The notes under the pieces: generated by a model
The model's database searches: none
What the model saw: only the letters and a program-made list of their open reading frames with translations
What the model was told of the DNA's origin: nothing
Source of the DNA: Clostridiales bacterium
GTDB lineage: Bacteria > Bacillota > Clostridia > Christensenellales > Borkfalkiaceae
Length of the DNA stretch: 64,000 nt
Reading direction: 5' to 3'
Assembly (NCBI GenBank): GCA_015071005.1
Contig: SVIG01000007.1
Coordinates: 14,523-78,522, forward strand
Part shown: piece after piece, positions 8,682-16,620 of the stretch
Layout of the letters: each line of letters starts with the position of its first letter
Numbering within the stretch: the first letter of the stretch is position 1
Translations under genes and position numbers: made by a program

Positions 8682-9884
8682 ATGAAAGCGGAACTTTTAG
8701 CTCCTGCGGGGAGTTATGCAAAATTTCTTACGGCGCTTCATTTTGGCGCAGACGCAGTGTACGTAGGTGGGAAGAACTTTTCCTTGCGTATCTTTGCGGA
8801 TAATTTTACGACGGACGAGCTTCGTTCCGCCGCGCTTCTTGCGCACCAAAACGACAAGAAATTATACGTCACGGCGAACGTCTTTGCGCGTAACGCCGAT
8901 TTTTCCTTGTTAAAGGACTATTTCGTGAGTTTGCAAGAGCTTGGGGCGGACGCTGCGATTATCAGCGATCCCGGTGCGATTTACGTGGCAAAGCAGGTTG
9001 CACCCAAGCTTGAAATTCACCTTTCCACGCAAGCGAATACAACGAATAAATACGCCGTTCGTTTTTGGAAACAACAGGGCGTTTCACGCGTAGTACTTGC
9101 AAGGGAACTGAGCTTAAAGGAAATCGCGGAAATCCATGAGTTTACTCCCGAAATGGAGTTAGAGGCATTCGTCCACGGTGCGATGTGCATATCGTACAGC
9201 GGAAGATGTCTTTTGTCCGATTATTTGGACGGTAGATCGTCCAATCGCGGTGCTTGCGTGCAGTCTTGTAGATGGCGTTATGAAGTGCGTGCGTTGAACG
9301 CGACGAACGGAAAATCGGAGTGGCTGCCGATTGAAGAAGACGAAAAAGGCGCGTACATTTTGAATAGCAAGGACTTGAATATGCTCGACTATTTGCAAGA
9401 AATGGAAGGGGCAGGTATCAGTTCATTCAAGATTGAAGGGAGAATGAAGAGTGGATATTACCTCGCGACGGTCATCAATGCTTACCGTAGATTGATGGAC
9501 GGTGGCGACATTGAAATTTCGAGGAAAGAACTTTCTAACGTTGCGCACCGTGAGTATACGCAAGCCTATGCACTCGGTAAGAATTCACAAACGGTCAATT
9601 ATGACGATAGCCAATCCAAGGGCGACTACGTGTATATTGCCGACGTTGTAAAAAGCGAAAACGGTTATGTTTTTGCAGAAATGCGCAACCGTTTCAAAAA
9701 GGGGGAGGTATTGGAAATCCTTTCCCCGACGGAAACGTGCGGAAAGAGCTTTGTCGCGAATGAAATTTATACGTCGGAAGGAGTAGAAACGGACGATGCG
9801 AAGCTCGTGCAAGAAATTTATCGTATTGCTTGTCCGTATGAATTAAAGCAGGGCGATTATATTCGCCGCAAAAACGTGAAATAA
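8682..9884 (+). CDS. peptidase U32 family protein (tRNA hydroxylation TrhP-like)
   Basis: 400 aa. N-terminal ELLAPAGS and a Cys-rich CxxSCRW region typical of the U32 family. Synteny with the TrmR-like methyltransferase. Confidence 0.75.
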   Translation: MKAELLAPAGSYAKFLTALHFGADAVYVGGKNFSLRIFADNFTTDELRSAALLAHQNDKKLYVTANVFARNADFSLLKDYFVSLQELGADAAIISDPGAIYVAKQVAPKLEIHLSTQANTTNKYAVRFWKQQGVSRVVLARELSLKEIAEIHEFTPEMELEAFVHGAMCISYSGRCLLSDYLDGRSSNRGACVQSCRWRYEVRALNATNGKSEWLPIEEDEKGAYILNSKDLNMLDYLQEMEGAGISSFKIEGRMKSGYYLATVINAYRRLMDGGDIEISRKELSNVAHREYTQAYALGKNSQTVNYDDSQSKGDYVYIADVVKSENGYVFAEMRNRFKKGEVLEILSPTETCGKSFVANEIYTSEGVETDDAKLVQEIYRIACPYELKQGDYIRRKNVK

Positions 9885-9897
9885 AGGAAGAATAAAG

Positions 9898-10890
9898 ATG
9901 AAAAAGATTTTGATGATTGCAACGGGCGGCACAATCGCGTCTCACGCAGGCGCGGACGGTTTAATCCCCGAATTGCAGGCGAGCGAGCTTTTGAAAAACG
10001 TTCCTGAGGTTTTTGAGTTTTGCGAGCCTTCGGCAATCCAAATTTACAATATCGACAGTACGAACGTCACGCCGCAACATTGGATCAAACTCGCGACGGC
10101 AATTCGCGAGCATTATGAAGAATACGACGGCTTTGTGGTGTGTCACGGCACGGATACAATGTCCTATACGGCGGCAATGATCTCGTACATGGTACAGCAT
10201 TCGCCCAAGCCTATCGTCTTTACGGGTGCACAAAAGCCGATCGACAAGGAAGACACGGACGCAAGAATCAATCTGCGTGATAGCTTCCTTTACGCGACCT
10301 CGGATATGGCTTCGGACGTAGTAATTGTATTCCAAGGCAAAGTCATTGCGGGCACGAAAGCGAAGAAAGTCCGCACGAAGAGCTATAACGCCTTTACAAG
10401 CGTAGATTTTCCGAATCTTGCCGTGATTCGCGACGGAAAAATTATACAGTATATTACCACGCCTAAGCAGGACAAGCCCGAATTTTTCTTGGATTTGAAC
10501 GAAAAAGTGGCGCTTTTGACCTTAACCCCTGGTGTAAAAGCGGAAATTTTGGACGTATATTTCCGTTATCATGATGCAGTTGTGGTATCGGGCTACGGCA
10601 CGGGCGGGATTCCCGAAGGGGAATACTACGGCTTTTACGAAGTAATTGAAAGCTGGGAAAGAAAGGGTAAGACGCTCGTTGTTACCACGCAAGTACAGCA
10701 AGAAGGCAGCGATATGAACGTATACCGCGTTGGCAGAGGATTGAAAAATCGCTTTGATTTGCTTGAAAGTTATTCGATGACTTACGAGAGCATCATCACG
10801 AAATTGATGTGGATACTTGCTATCACGAAGAATGATGATGAAGTGCGTGAGCTTTTCTATAAGACGGTAAATTATGACTTGATTGGCTAA
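9898..10890 (+). CDS. ansA: L-asparaginase, type I
   Basis: 330 aa. N-terminal MIATGGTIAS active-site motif and an HGTDTM motif. Confidence 0.9.
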   Translation: MKKILMIATGGTIASHAGADGLIPELQASELLKNVPEVFEFCEPSAIQIYNIDSTNVTPQHWIKLATAIREHYEEYDGFVVCHGTDTMSYTAAMISYMVQHSPKPIVFTGAQKPIDKEDTDARINLRDSFLYATSDMASDVVIVFQGKVIAGTKAKKVRTKSYNAFTSVDFPNLAVIRDGKIIQYITTPKQDKPEFFLDLNEKVALLTLTPGVKAEILDVYFRYHDAVVVSGYGTGGIPEGEYYGFYEVIESWERKGKTLVVTTQVQQEGSDMNVYRVGRGLKNRFDLLESYSMTYESIITKLMWILAITKNDDEVRELFYKTVNYDLIG

Positions 10891-10910
10891 ATGGGCAGGG
10901 CAGGTACGAG

Positions 10911-12617
10911 ATGAAACAATTAACGACTTTTACTGAAATTGAATATACTCGTCCGAATTTTGACGAATTAAAGGCTTTTTATAGCGCGTTAAACGAACGG
11001 CTTACAGCGGCGAAAAGCTATGAAGAGGTAAGGGCGTGTATTATGGCGGAAGAAGAGTATTCTTCCCATTTCAATACGATGGCAACGGTTGTGCAAATTC
11101 GGCACACGGTAGACACGTCGGACGCATTTTACGAGGCGGAGGAAGAGTACATTAGCCAAAATTATCCCGAGGCGATGCCCTATATGCAAGGCTTTAATTT
11201 GGCGCTACTCGCTTCACCCTATAAAAAGGAAATCGACGAGGAGTTTGGTGCACAATTTTTGAAAGCGGTAAAGCTTGGCGCGGATAGTTTTTCCGAGAAA
11301 AACGTTTCCCTTATGCAAGAGGAAAACGATTTGACGAACCGCTATCAAAAACTGACGGCGGCTTGCAAAATCCCGTTTGACGGCGGCGAGCATAACTTGT
11401 ATGGAATTTTGAAATATTTTTCCGACCCCGATCGCGAAGTCCGCAAAAAAGCGGCGCAAGCGTATGCGGATTTCTTTGAAAAGAACGATCAAGAGCTTGG
11501 CGAAATCTTCGATAGACTCGTGAAAATTCGCCATAAAATGGGCGAAAATATGGGTTTTAAGAACTTCATTCCGCTTGGTTATATGCAACAAGGTAGAATG
11601 GATTACGACGAAAACGACGTTGCGGCATTCCGCACGCAGGTTTTAGAAGAGCTCGTGCCTTTTTGTGAAAAGCTTTATAAAGCGCAAGCCAAGCGCATCG
11701 GTGTTGATAAAATTCGGTTTTACGACGAACAGCTCATTTTCTTGGGCGGTAATGCCGTGCCGATTGGGGATAGCGCGTATTTGGTGTCTCAAGCGCAAAA
11801 AATGTACCGCGATATGAGCAAGGAAACGGGCGAGTTTATCGATTTTATGATCGAGCACGAGCTTATGGACCTTGACAATAAGCCGAACAAGGCTGCGACG
11901 GGGTATATGACTGCATTGAACGATTATCAAGCCCCGTTTGTCTATTCATGTTTTAACGGAACGACGGGGGATGTGGACGTGTTGACGCATGAAATGGGGC
12001 ATGCGTTTGCAGGGTATATGGCGATGAAAACGCAACCCTTACAAGCTCTTTGGAGTGAGCCGACGGATATCGCGGAAATTCATTCTATGGCGATGGAGCA
12101 GTTTGCGTACCCGTACGCGGAGTTGTTCTTTGGTGAAAAAGCAGAGCAATACCGCTTCCAGCATTTGCAAGAAGCATTAACATTCGTGCCATTTGGGGTT
12201 GCAGTGGATGAATTTCAGCATATCGTCTATGAAAAACCTGAGTTGACGGCGGAAGAACGGAAGTCTGTTTGGCGGGATTTAGAGAAAAAATATATGCCTT
12301 GGCGTGACTACGGCGACGAAAACGAGTTTTTTAATGCAGGCGGTTGGTGGTATCATAAATTGCACATATATCACTATCCATTCTACTATATCAATTACAC
12401 GTTGACGACGATGGGCGCGATGGAGTTCAAGAAAAAAATGTCGGAAGACAAGTCGGCTTGTTGGCAAGATTATATGACCCTTTGCAAAATCGGCGGTTCG
12501 CTTGGTTATCGCGACGCATTAAAGGCGGCAAACCTTGCTGTACCTTTTGAAAAAGGGGGAGTAAAACGCGCGATTTCATATGCGGTAGCATTGCTGAATG
12601 AGAAGATAGGAGAATAA
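10911..12617 (+). CDS. M3-family oligoendopeptidase (PepF-like)
   Basis: 568 aa with the zinc motif HEMGH (LTHEMGHAF). Confidence 0.85.
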   Translation: MKQLTTFTEIEYTRPNFDELKAFYSALNERLTAAKSYEEVRACIMAEEEYSSHFNTMATVVQIRHTVDTSDAFYEAEEEYISQNYPEAMPYMQGFNLALLASPYKKEIDEEFGAQFLKAVKLGADSFSEKNVSLMQEENDLTNRYQKLTAACKIPFDGGEHNLYGILKYFSDPDREVRKKAAQAYADFFEKNDQELGEIFDRLVKIRHKMGENMGFKNFIPLGYMQQGRMDYDENDVAAFRTQVLEELVPFCEKLYKAQAKRIGVDKIRFYDEQLIFLGGNAVPIGDSAYLVSQAQKMYRDMSKETGEFIDFMIEHELMDLDNKPNKAATGYMTALNDYQAPFVYSCFNGTTGDVDVLTHEMGHAFAGYMAMKTQPLQALWSEPTDIAEIHSMAMEQFAYPYAELFFGEKAEQYRFQHLQEALTFVPFGVAVDEFQHIVYEKPELTAEERKSVWRDLEKKYMPWRDYGDENEFFNAGGWWYHKLHIYHYPFYYINYTLTTMGAMEFKKKMSEDKSACWQDYMTLCKIGGSLGYRDALKAANLAVPFEKGGVKRAISYAVALLNEKIGE

Positions 12618-12621
12618 GAAT

Positions 12622-13848
12622 ATGAGAAAAACACAGTTGCAAAAATACGCAAAATTGCTCGCTCGCGTGGGCTTGAACGTGAAAAAAGGTCAAACGGTCT
12701 TTATTGCGGCGGCGCTCGATCAGCCCGACTTTGTAACGATGGTCGTGGAAGAATGCTATAAAGCGGGTGCAAGTGAAGTTTACGTAGAATGGAGTCATCA
12801 GCCGTGCGAGAAGATCGGCTCAAAGTATAGAACGCTCGAATCTCTTTCGAAAATGTCTCCTTGGGTAAAAGCGAAGTGGGAATTTAAGGCGAAAAACTAT
12901 TCCAGCCGACTTTGGATTGAATCGGAAGATCCCGACGGCATGAACGGTGTGGACCAAGAAAAAATGAGCAAGGTACGTCAAGCGATATATCCGCAAATTA
13001 AGCCGTTTAGACAGGCTTTGGAGAATCGTCATCAATGGTGTATTGCAGCTGCCCCCGGTAAGGCATGGGCAAAAAAGGTGTTCCCCGAGCTTTCGGAAAG
13101 CAAAGCGGTGGAAGCGATGTGGAAGGCGATTTTGCACGCGTCGAGAGCGGACTGCAAGAATCCCGTAAAAGCTTGGAAAGAGCATAACGCGGACTTGCTT
13201 GCGCGCTCGGAATACTTGAATAGCTTGAATTTGAAATACTTGGAATACAAGAGTGCAAATGGTACGGATTTGCGCGTAGAACTCTTGGAAGACGGTATCT
13301 TTACGGGCGGTAGAGAAAAGACGTTAAAAGGCAAGATTTTTAATCCGAATATCCCGACGGAAGAAGTGTTTACAACGCCCAAAGCTGGCGCAGTGGAAGG
13401 AATTGTCTATTCAACGAAACCTCTTTCGTATATGGGGGAATTGATTGACAATTTCTCGTTGCGTTTTGAAAACGGCAAGGTTGTAGAAGCGAAGGCGGAG
13501 CAAGGCGAAGCGCTTTTGCAAAAAATGGTTTCGATGGACGAGGGTGCGGGCAAGCTTGGTGAAGTTGCGCTTATTCCTTACGATTCGCCGATTAACGAAT
13601 CGGGGATTTTGTTCTATAATACTCTGTTTGACGAAAATGCGAGCTGTCACTTTGCGGTTGGGCATGGCTTTAACGAATGCTTAAAAGGGTTTGAAAAACT
13701 CAGCGATGAAGAATGCAAGGCGCGTGGCGTCAACGATAGCATGATTCACGTGGATTTCATGATCGGATCGCGCGATATGTCGATTGTCGGCGTGACGAAA
13801 GATGACAAGCGCGTGCAAATTTTTGAAAACGGCACGTGGGCGTTTTAA
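12622..13848 (+). CDS. aminopeptidase, M29 (AmpS/PepS) family
   Basis: 408 aa. The N-terminal LQKYAKLLARVGLNVKKGQ pattern and overall length are typical of M29 aminopeptidases. Confidence 0.8.
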   Translation: MRKTQLQKYAKLLARVGLNVKKGQTVFIAAALDQPDFVTMVVEECYKAGASEVYVEWSHQPCEKIGSKYRTLESLSKMSPWVKAKWEFKAKNYSSRLWIESEDPDGMNGVDQEKMSKVRQAIYPQIKPFRQALENRHQWCIAAAPGKAWAKKVFPELSESKAVEAMWKAILHASRADCKNPVKAWKEHNADLLARSEYLNSLNLKYLEYKSANGTDLRVELLEDGIFTGGREKTLKGKIFNPNIPTEEVFTTPKAGAVEGIVYSTKPLSYMGELIDNFSLRFENGKVVEAKAEQGEALLQKMVSMDEGAGKLGEVALIPYDSPINESGILFYNTLFDENASCHFAVGHGFNECLKGFEKLSDEECKARGVNDSMIHVDFMIGSRDMSIVGVTKDDKRVQIFENGTWAF

Positions 13849-13883
13849 TAAGAATTGTAAAAAACCGTTTCAAAAGAAAAAAA

Positions 13884-13903
13884 TTGCTTTATAAATAAAG
13901 CAA
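13884..13903. promoter_or_regulatory. 9-2-9 perfect inverted repeat, candidate operator upstream of the COG0523 operon
   Basis: TTGCTTTAT-AA-ATAAAGCAA, 24 nt upstream of the ATG at 13928. It is too AT-rich and too short-looped to be a terminator. Confidence 0.4.
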
Positions 13904-13927
13904 CAACGAATAAAAAGGAGTAGTCTT

Positions 13928-15103
13928 ATGACGAAGATAGATATTTTTTCGGGTTTTTTAGGCGCAGGAAAAACGACGCTTATCAAGAAACTAATCCAAG
14001 AAGCCTACGCAGGCGAGAAAGTAGTTTTGATTGAAAACGAATTCGGCGAAATCGGTATTGACGGCGGTTTCTTGCAGGAGGCAGGCGTAAATATTACGGA
14101 AATGAATTCGGGCTGTATTTGCTGTTCGCTTGTTGGCGATTTTTCTAAGGCGCTCAAACAAGTCGCGGCGGAATATAATCCAGACCGTATCATCATCGAG
14201 CCGTCGGGCGTCGGTAAATTAAGCGACGTTATCAAAGCCGTTGAAAATGCGGGATTGAAAGAAGGAAAACTTAATGCGTTTTGTACGGTTGTCGACGCGT
14301 CAAAATGCAAAATGTATATGAAAAATTTTGGTGAGTTCTTCAACGATCAAGTGGAAAACGCGAGCTGTATTATTCTTTCCCATACCGACAAATGCTCGGA
14401 AGAAAAGCTCGCCATGGCGGTGGAATTGCTCAAAGGCAAAAACACACATGCAACCATTGTTACGGCGGTTTGGTCAGAGCTCGACGGCAAAGCGATTTTA
14501 TCGGCGATGGAGCGCAAGGATACTCTGCAAGCTGATTTGGATAAGCTTGCCCAAGAGGTGGCGCACGATCACGAACATCACCATCATCACGAGCATGAAC
14601 ACGGACATGGGGGCTGCGAACACGATCACGAGCATCACCCTCATCACCACCACGAGCACGAATGTGATGATCCTGATTGCTGCTGTCATGAACACGAACA
14701 TGAACACGAACATGAACACGGACATGGGTGTTGCGAACACGATCACGAACATCACCATCATCACCACGAACACGAATGCGACGATCCGAATTGCGGCTGT
14801 CATCACCACGGTCATGGACACCATCACGCGGATGAAGTGTTTACGAGTTGGGGGCAGGAAACAACGCGCGTGTATACGAAGCAGGAAATTCTCGGGGCAT
14901 TGGAAACTTTGCAAAAGGAAGACGAGTACGGCATGGTACTCCGCGCGAAGGGGATTGTTGCCGGCGAAGGCAAGTGGATTCATTTTGACTATGTACCCGG
15001 CGAGCCGGATGTTCGCGAGGGTAGCGCAGGCGTGACTGGTCGACTTTGCGTAATCGGCTGTAAATTGAACGAAGAAGCGTTGAAAACGTTATTTGGATTG
15101 TAA
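13928..15103 (+). CDS. COG0523/CobW-family G3E GTPase metallochaperone with His/Cys-rich insert
   Basis: Walker A GFLGAGKTT and the CxCC motif GCICCS. A ~90-aa His-rich tract lies between the GTPase and CobW_C-like domains. Confidence 0.9.
   Translation: MTKIDIFSGFLGAGKTTLIKKLIQEAYAGEKVVLIENEFGEIGIDGGFLQEAGVNITEMNSGCICCSLVGDFSKALKQVAAEYNPDRIIIEPSGVGKLSDVIKAVENAGLKEGKLNAFCTVVDASKCKMYMKNFGEFFNDQVENASCIILSHTDKCSEEKLAMAVELLKGKNTHATIVTAVWSELDGKAILSAMERKDTLQADLDKLAQEVAHDHEHHHHHEHEHGHGGCEHDHEHHPHHHHEHECDDPDCCCHEHEHEHEHEHGHGCCEHDHEHHHHHHEHECDDPNCGCHHHGHGHHHADEVFTSWGQETTRVYTKQEILGALETLQKEDEYGMVLRAKGIVAGEGKWIHFDYVPGEPDVREGSAGVTGRLCVIGCKLNEEALKTLFGL
14597..14803 (+). repeat. in-frame tandem duplication (93 nt + 90 nt, 24-nt spacer) inside the His-rich tract
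   Basis: 14597-14689 and 14714-14803 both start GAACACGGACATGGG and end TG(C)TGTCAT. Each encodes HGHGxCEHDHEHH..HHEHECDDPxCxCH. Confidence 0.85.
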
Positions 15104-15120
15104 GAGTTAGGAGTAAAAGA

Positions 15121-16080
15121 ATGAAAAGACTTCCCGTAGAAACGCCCGTTTATTTATTTTTGGGATTTTTAGAATCTGGAAAAACGAAATTTATTCAAGA
15201 AACGCTGGAAGACCCACGTTTTTCGTCGGGAGAAAAGACGCTTCTTCTCGTTATGGAAGAGGGTGTGGAAGAATACGAAACGATTAAGTTTGCGGACGCG
15301 GAAAACGTCGAGCTCGTTGTCATTGAAAACAAAGCGGATATGACGGAAGAAAAGCTCGCGGCGCTGCAAATGCAGTACGAAGCGGATCGAGTTGTTGTGG
15401 AATATAATGGCACTTGGCTTTTGGAAGACTTCTTCGCGGCGATGCCCGAAGGCTGGATGATTAACCAAGTGATGACCTTTTTCGATTCGACGACTTTTAT
15501 CAATTACAACGCGAATATGCGTCAGTTTGTTTTTGACAAAATCAACAATACGCAGCTTTGCGTGTTCAATCGCTTCGACGATAGAATGGATAAAATGGAG
15601 TTCCACAAAATTGTGCGCGGTATTTCGAGAAGATGTGATATTGTCTATGAAAAAGCGGACGGAAAAGCGGAGTTTGACGATATAGAAGACCCGTTGCCGT
15701 TCGATATCAACGCGCCCGTGATTGAGATTAAGGACAAGGATTATGCCTTTTTCTATCGCGATTTAACGGAAAATATGGAAGCGTATATCGGTAAAATTGT
15801 AAAATTCCGCGGTATTGTTGCGACGGACAAGCGTTTAGAGCCGCAGGATATCGTGGTCGGCAGACACGTAATGACCTGTTGCGCGGACGATATTCAATAT
15901 TGCGGACTCGCTTGCACCTTGCCTCAAGCTATGGATTTGCAAACGCGGGATTGGATTACGATTACGGCGAAAGTGGAATTCAAAAAGCACCGTATTTATA
16001 AAGGAAAGGGCCCCGTTTTGACAGCGGAAAAAGTTGTGGTAAGCGAAGCACCCGAGGAACAACTCGCGACCTTTTATTAA
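15121..16080 (+). CDS. COG0523-like P-loop protein lacking CxCC, fused to a Cys-rich C-terminal domain (DUF1980-like CCxxD motif)
   Basis: 319 aa. Walker A GFLESGKT and LLLVMEEGVEEYE parallel the VLIENEFGEIGID segment of the upstream paralog. The C-terminus has HVMTCCADDIQYCGLAC. The domain assignment is from memory only. Confidence 0.6.
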   Translation: MKRLPVETPVYLFLGFLESGKTKFIQETLEDPRFSSGEKTLLLVMEEGVEEYETIKFADAENVELVVIENKADMTEEKLAALQMQYEADRVVVEYNGTWLLEDFFAAMPEGWMINQVMTFFDSTTFINYNANMRQFVFDKINNTQLCVFNRFDDRMDKMEFHKIVRGISRRCDIVYEKADGKAEFDDIEDPLPFDINAPVIEIKDKDYAFFYRDLTENMEAYIGKIVKFRGIVATDKRLEPQDIVVGRHVMTCCADDIQYCGLACTLPQAMDLQTRDWITITAKVEFKKHRIYKGKGPVLTAEKVVVSEAPEEQLATFY

Positions 16081-16095
16081 AATTGGATGGATGGC

Positions 16096-16135
16096 AAAAC
16101 CCCGCCGAAAGCATTTTGCTTTCGGCGGGGTTTTT
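16096..16135. terminator. bidirectional intrinsic terminator
   Basis: 13-bp stem CCCCGCCGAAAGC/GCTTTCGGCGGGG, flanked by an A-run and a T-run. Confidence 0.85.
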
Positions 16136-16178
16136 GGTACTCCCTGCGGGAATCGAACCCACAATTAGCCCTTAGGAG
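16135..16178. repeat. direct repeat copy 1 (tRNA-Arg 3' half through the anticodon loop)
   Basis: TGGTACTCCCTGCGGGAATCGAACCCACAATTAGCCCTTAGGAG. It is 43/44 identical to 18160-18203. Confidence 0.9.
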
Positions 16179-16209
16179 GGCGCGGTTATATGCATTTAAC
16201 TACGGACAC
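16135..16209 (-). pseudogene. chimeric tRNA-Arg(CCU)-like junction (host 3' half joined to a foreign 5' half), probably non-functional
   Basis: The T arm, acceptor 3' strand and CCA are intact. The acceptor stem GTGTCCG/AGGGAGT has 2 mismatches and 3 wobbles. The anticodon stem GCGCC/GGGCT has 2 mismatches. Confidence 0.6.
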
Positions 16210-16557
16210 GTATTCAATTTTTCGTAGGATATAGCAATACCCACTTTGGTGAACTTTTTTCGCCCTGGTCACCAAATAGGTCACCAAATTTTATTTTAGC
16301 CGTCTACCGTATCGCCAAAACGCACGATTTTAAGCAGTTTTTGCATTGTTTTGCCCCATTCTACCCAAGTACAATAACCGTGACTTTTGGGGTAAAAAAG
16401 ATGACTACTATTTTAGCCCATTTATATCAAGACAAGCACACGTCCTACACTCACACAGGGAATTTAGGGGAACTTATGGGTAATAAGGGTGACTATATTA
16501 TTTGTGGATAAAAATAAAATTCCGTTCATTTTATTGCCCACCACATACCGTAAGGGA

Positions 16558-16586
16558 TTGAAAAAATTGCAAATATATGGTATAAT
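16558..16586 (+). promoter_or_regulatory. sigma-70-type promoter of the E1 gene
   Basis: TTGAAA (16558-16563), 17-nt spacer, TATAAT (16581-16586). Confidence 0.5.
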
Positions 16587-16620
16587 AAATATAATTTCAC
16601 TCGGTTAAGGAGTTTTTACA

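Noticed and set aside
14328-15035. Alternative-frame (235 aa) and antisense (161 aa, 14498-14983) ORFs across the His-rich tract
   Set aside because: They are products of the CAC/CAT/GAA repeat DNA read in other frames. The sense frame belongs to an unmistakable COG0523 protein.
15980-16162. Two minus-strand ORFs (15980-16162 and 17993-18187), both starting MGSIPAGST
   Set aside because: The shared N-terminus is simply the translated tRNA 3'-half direct repeat. It was useful as a pointer to the repeat, but these are not genes.
16135-16209. A functional tRNA-Arg at the left island junction
   Set aside because: The 5' half does not pair with the 3' half: there are 2 mismatches and 3 wobbles in the acceptor stem and 2 mismatches in the anticodon stem. 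I interpret it as a chimeric att junction. A tRNA finder may still give it a low score.
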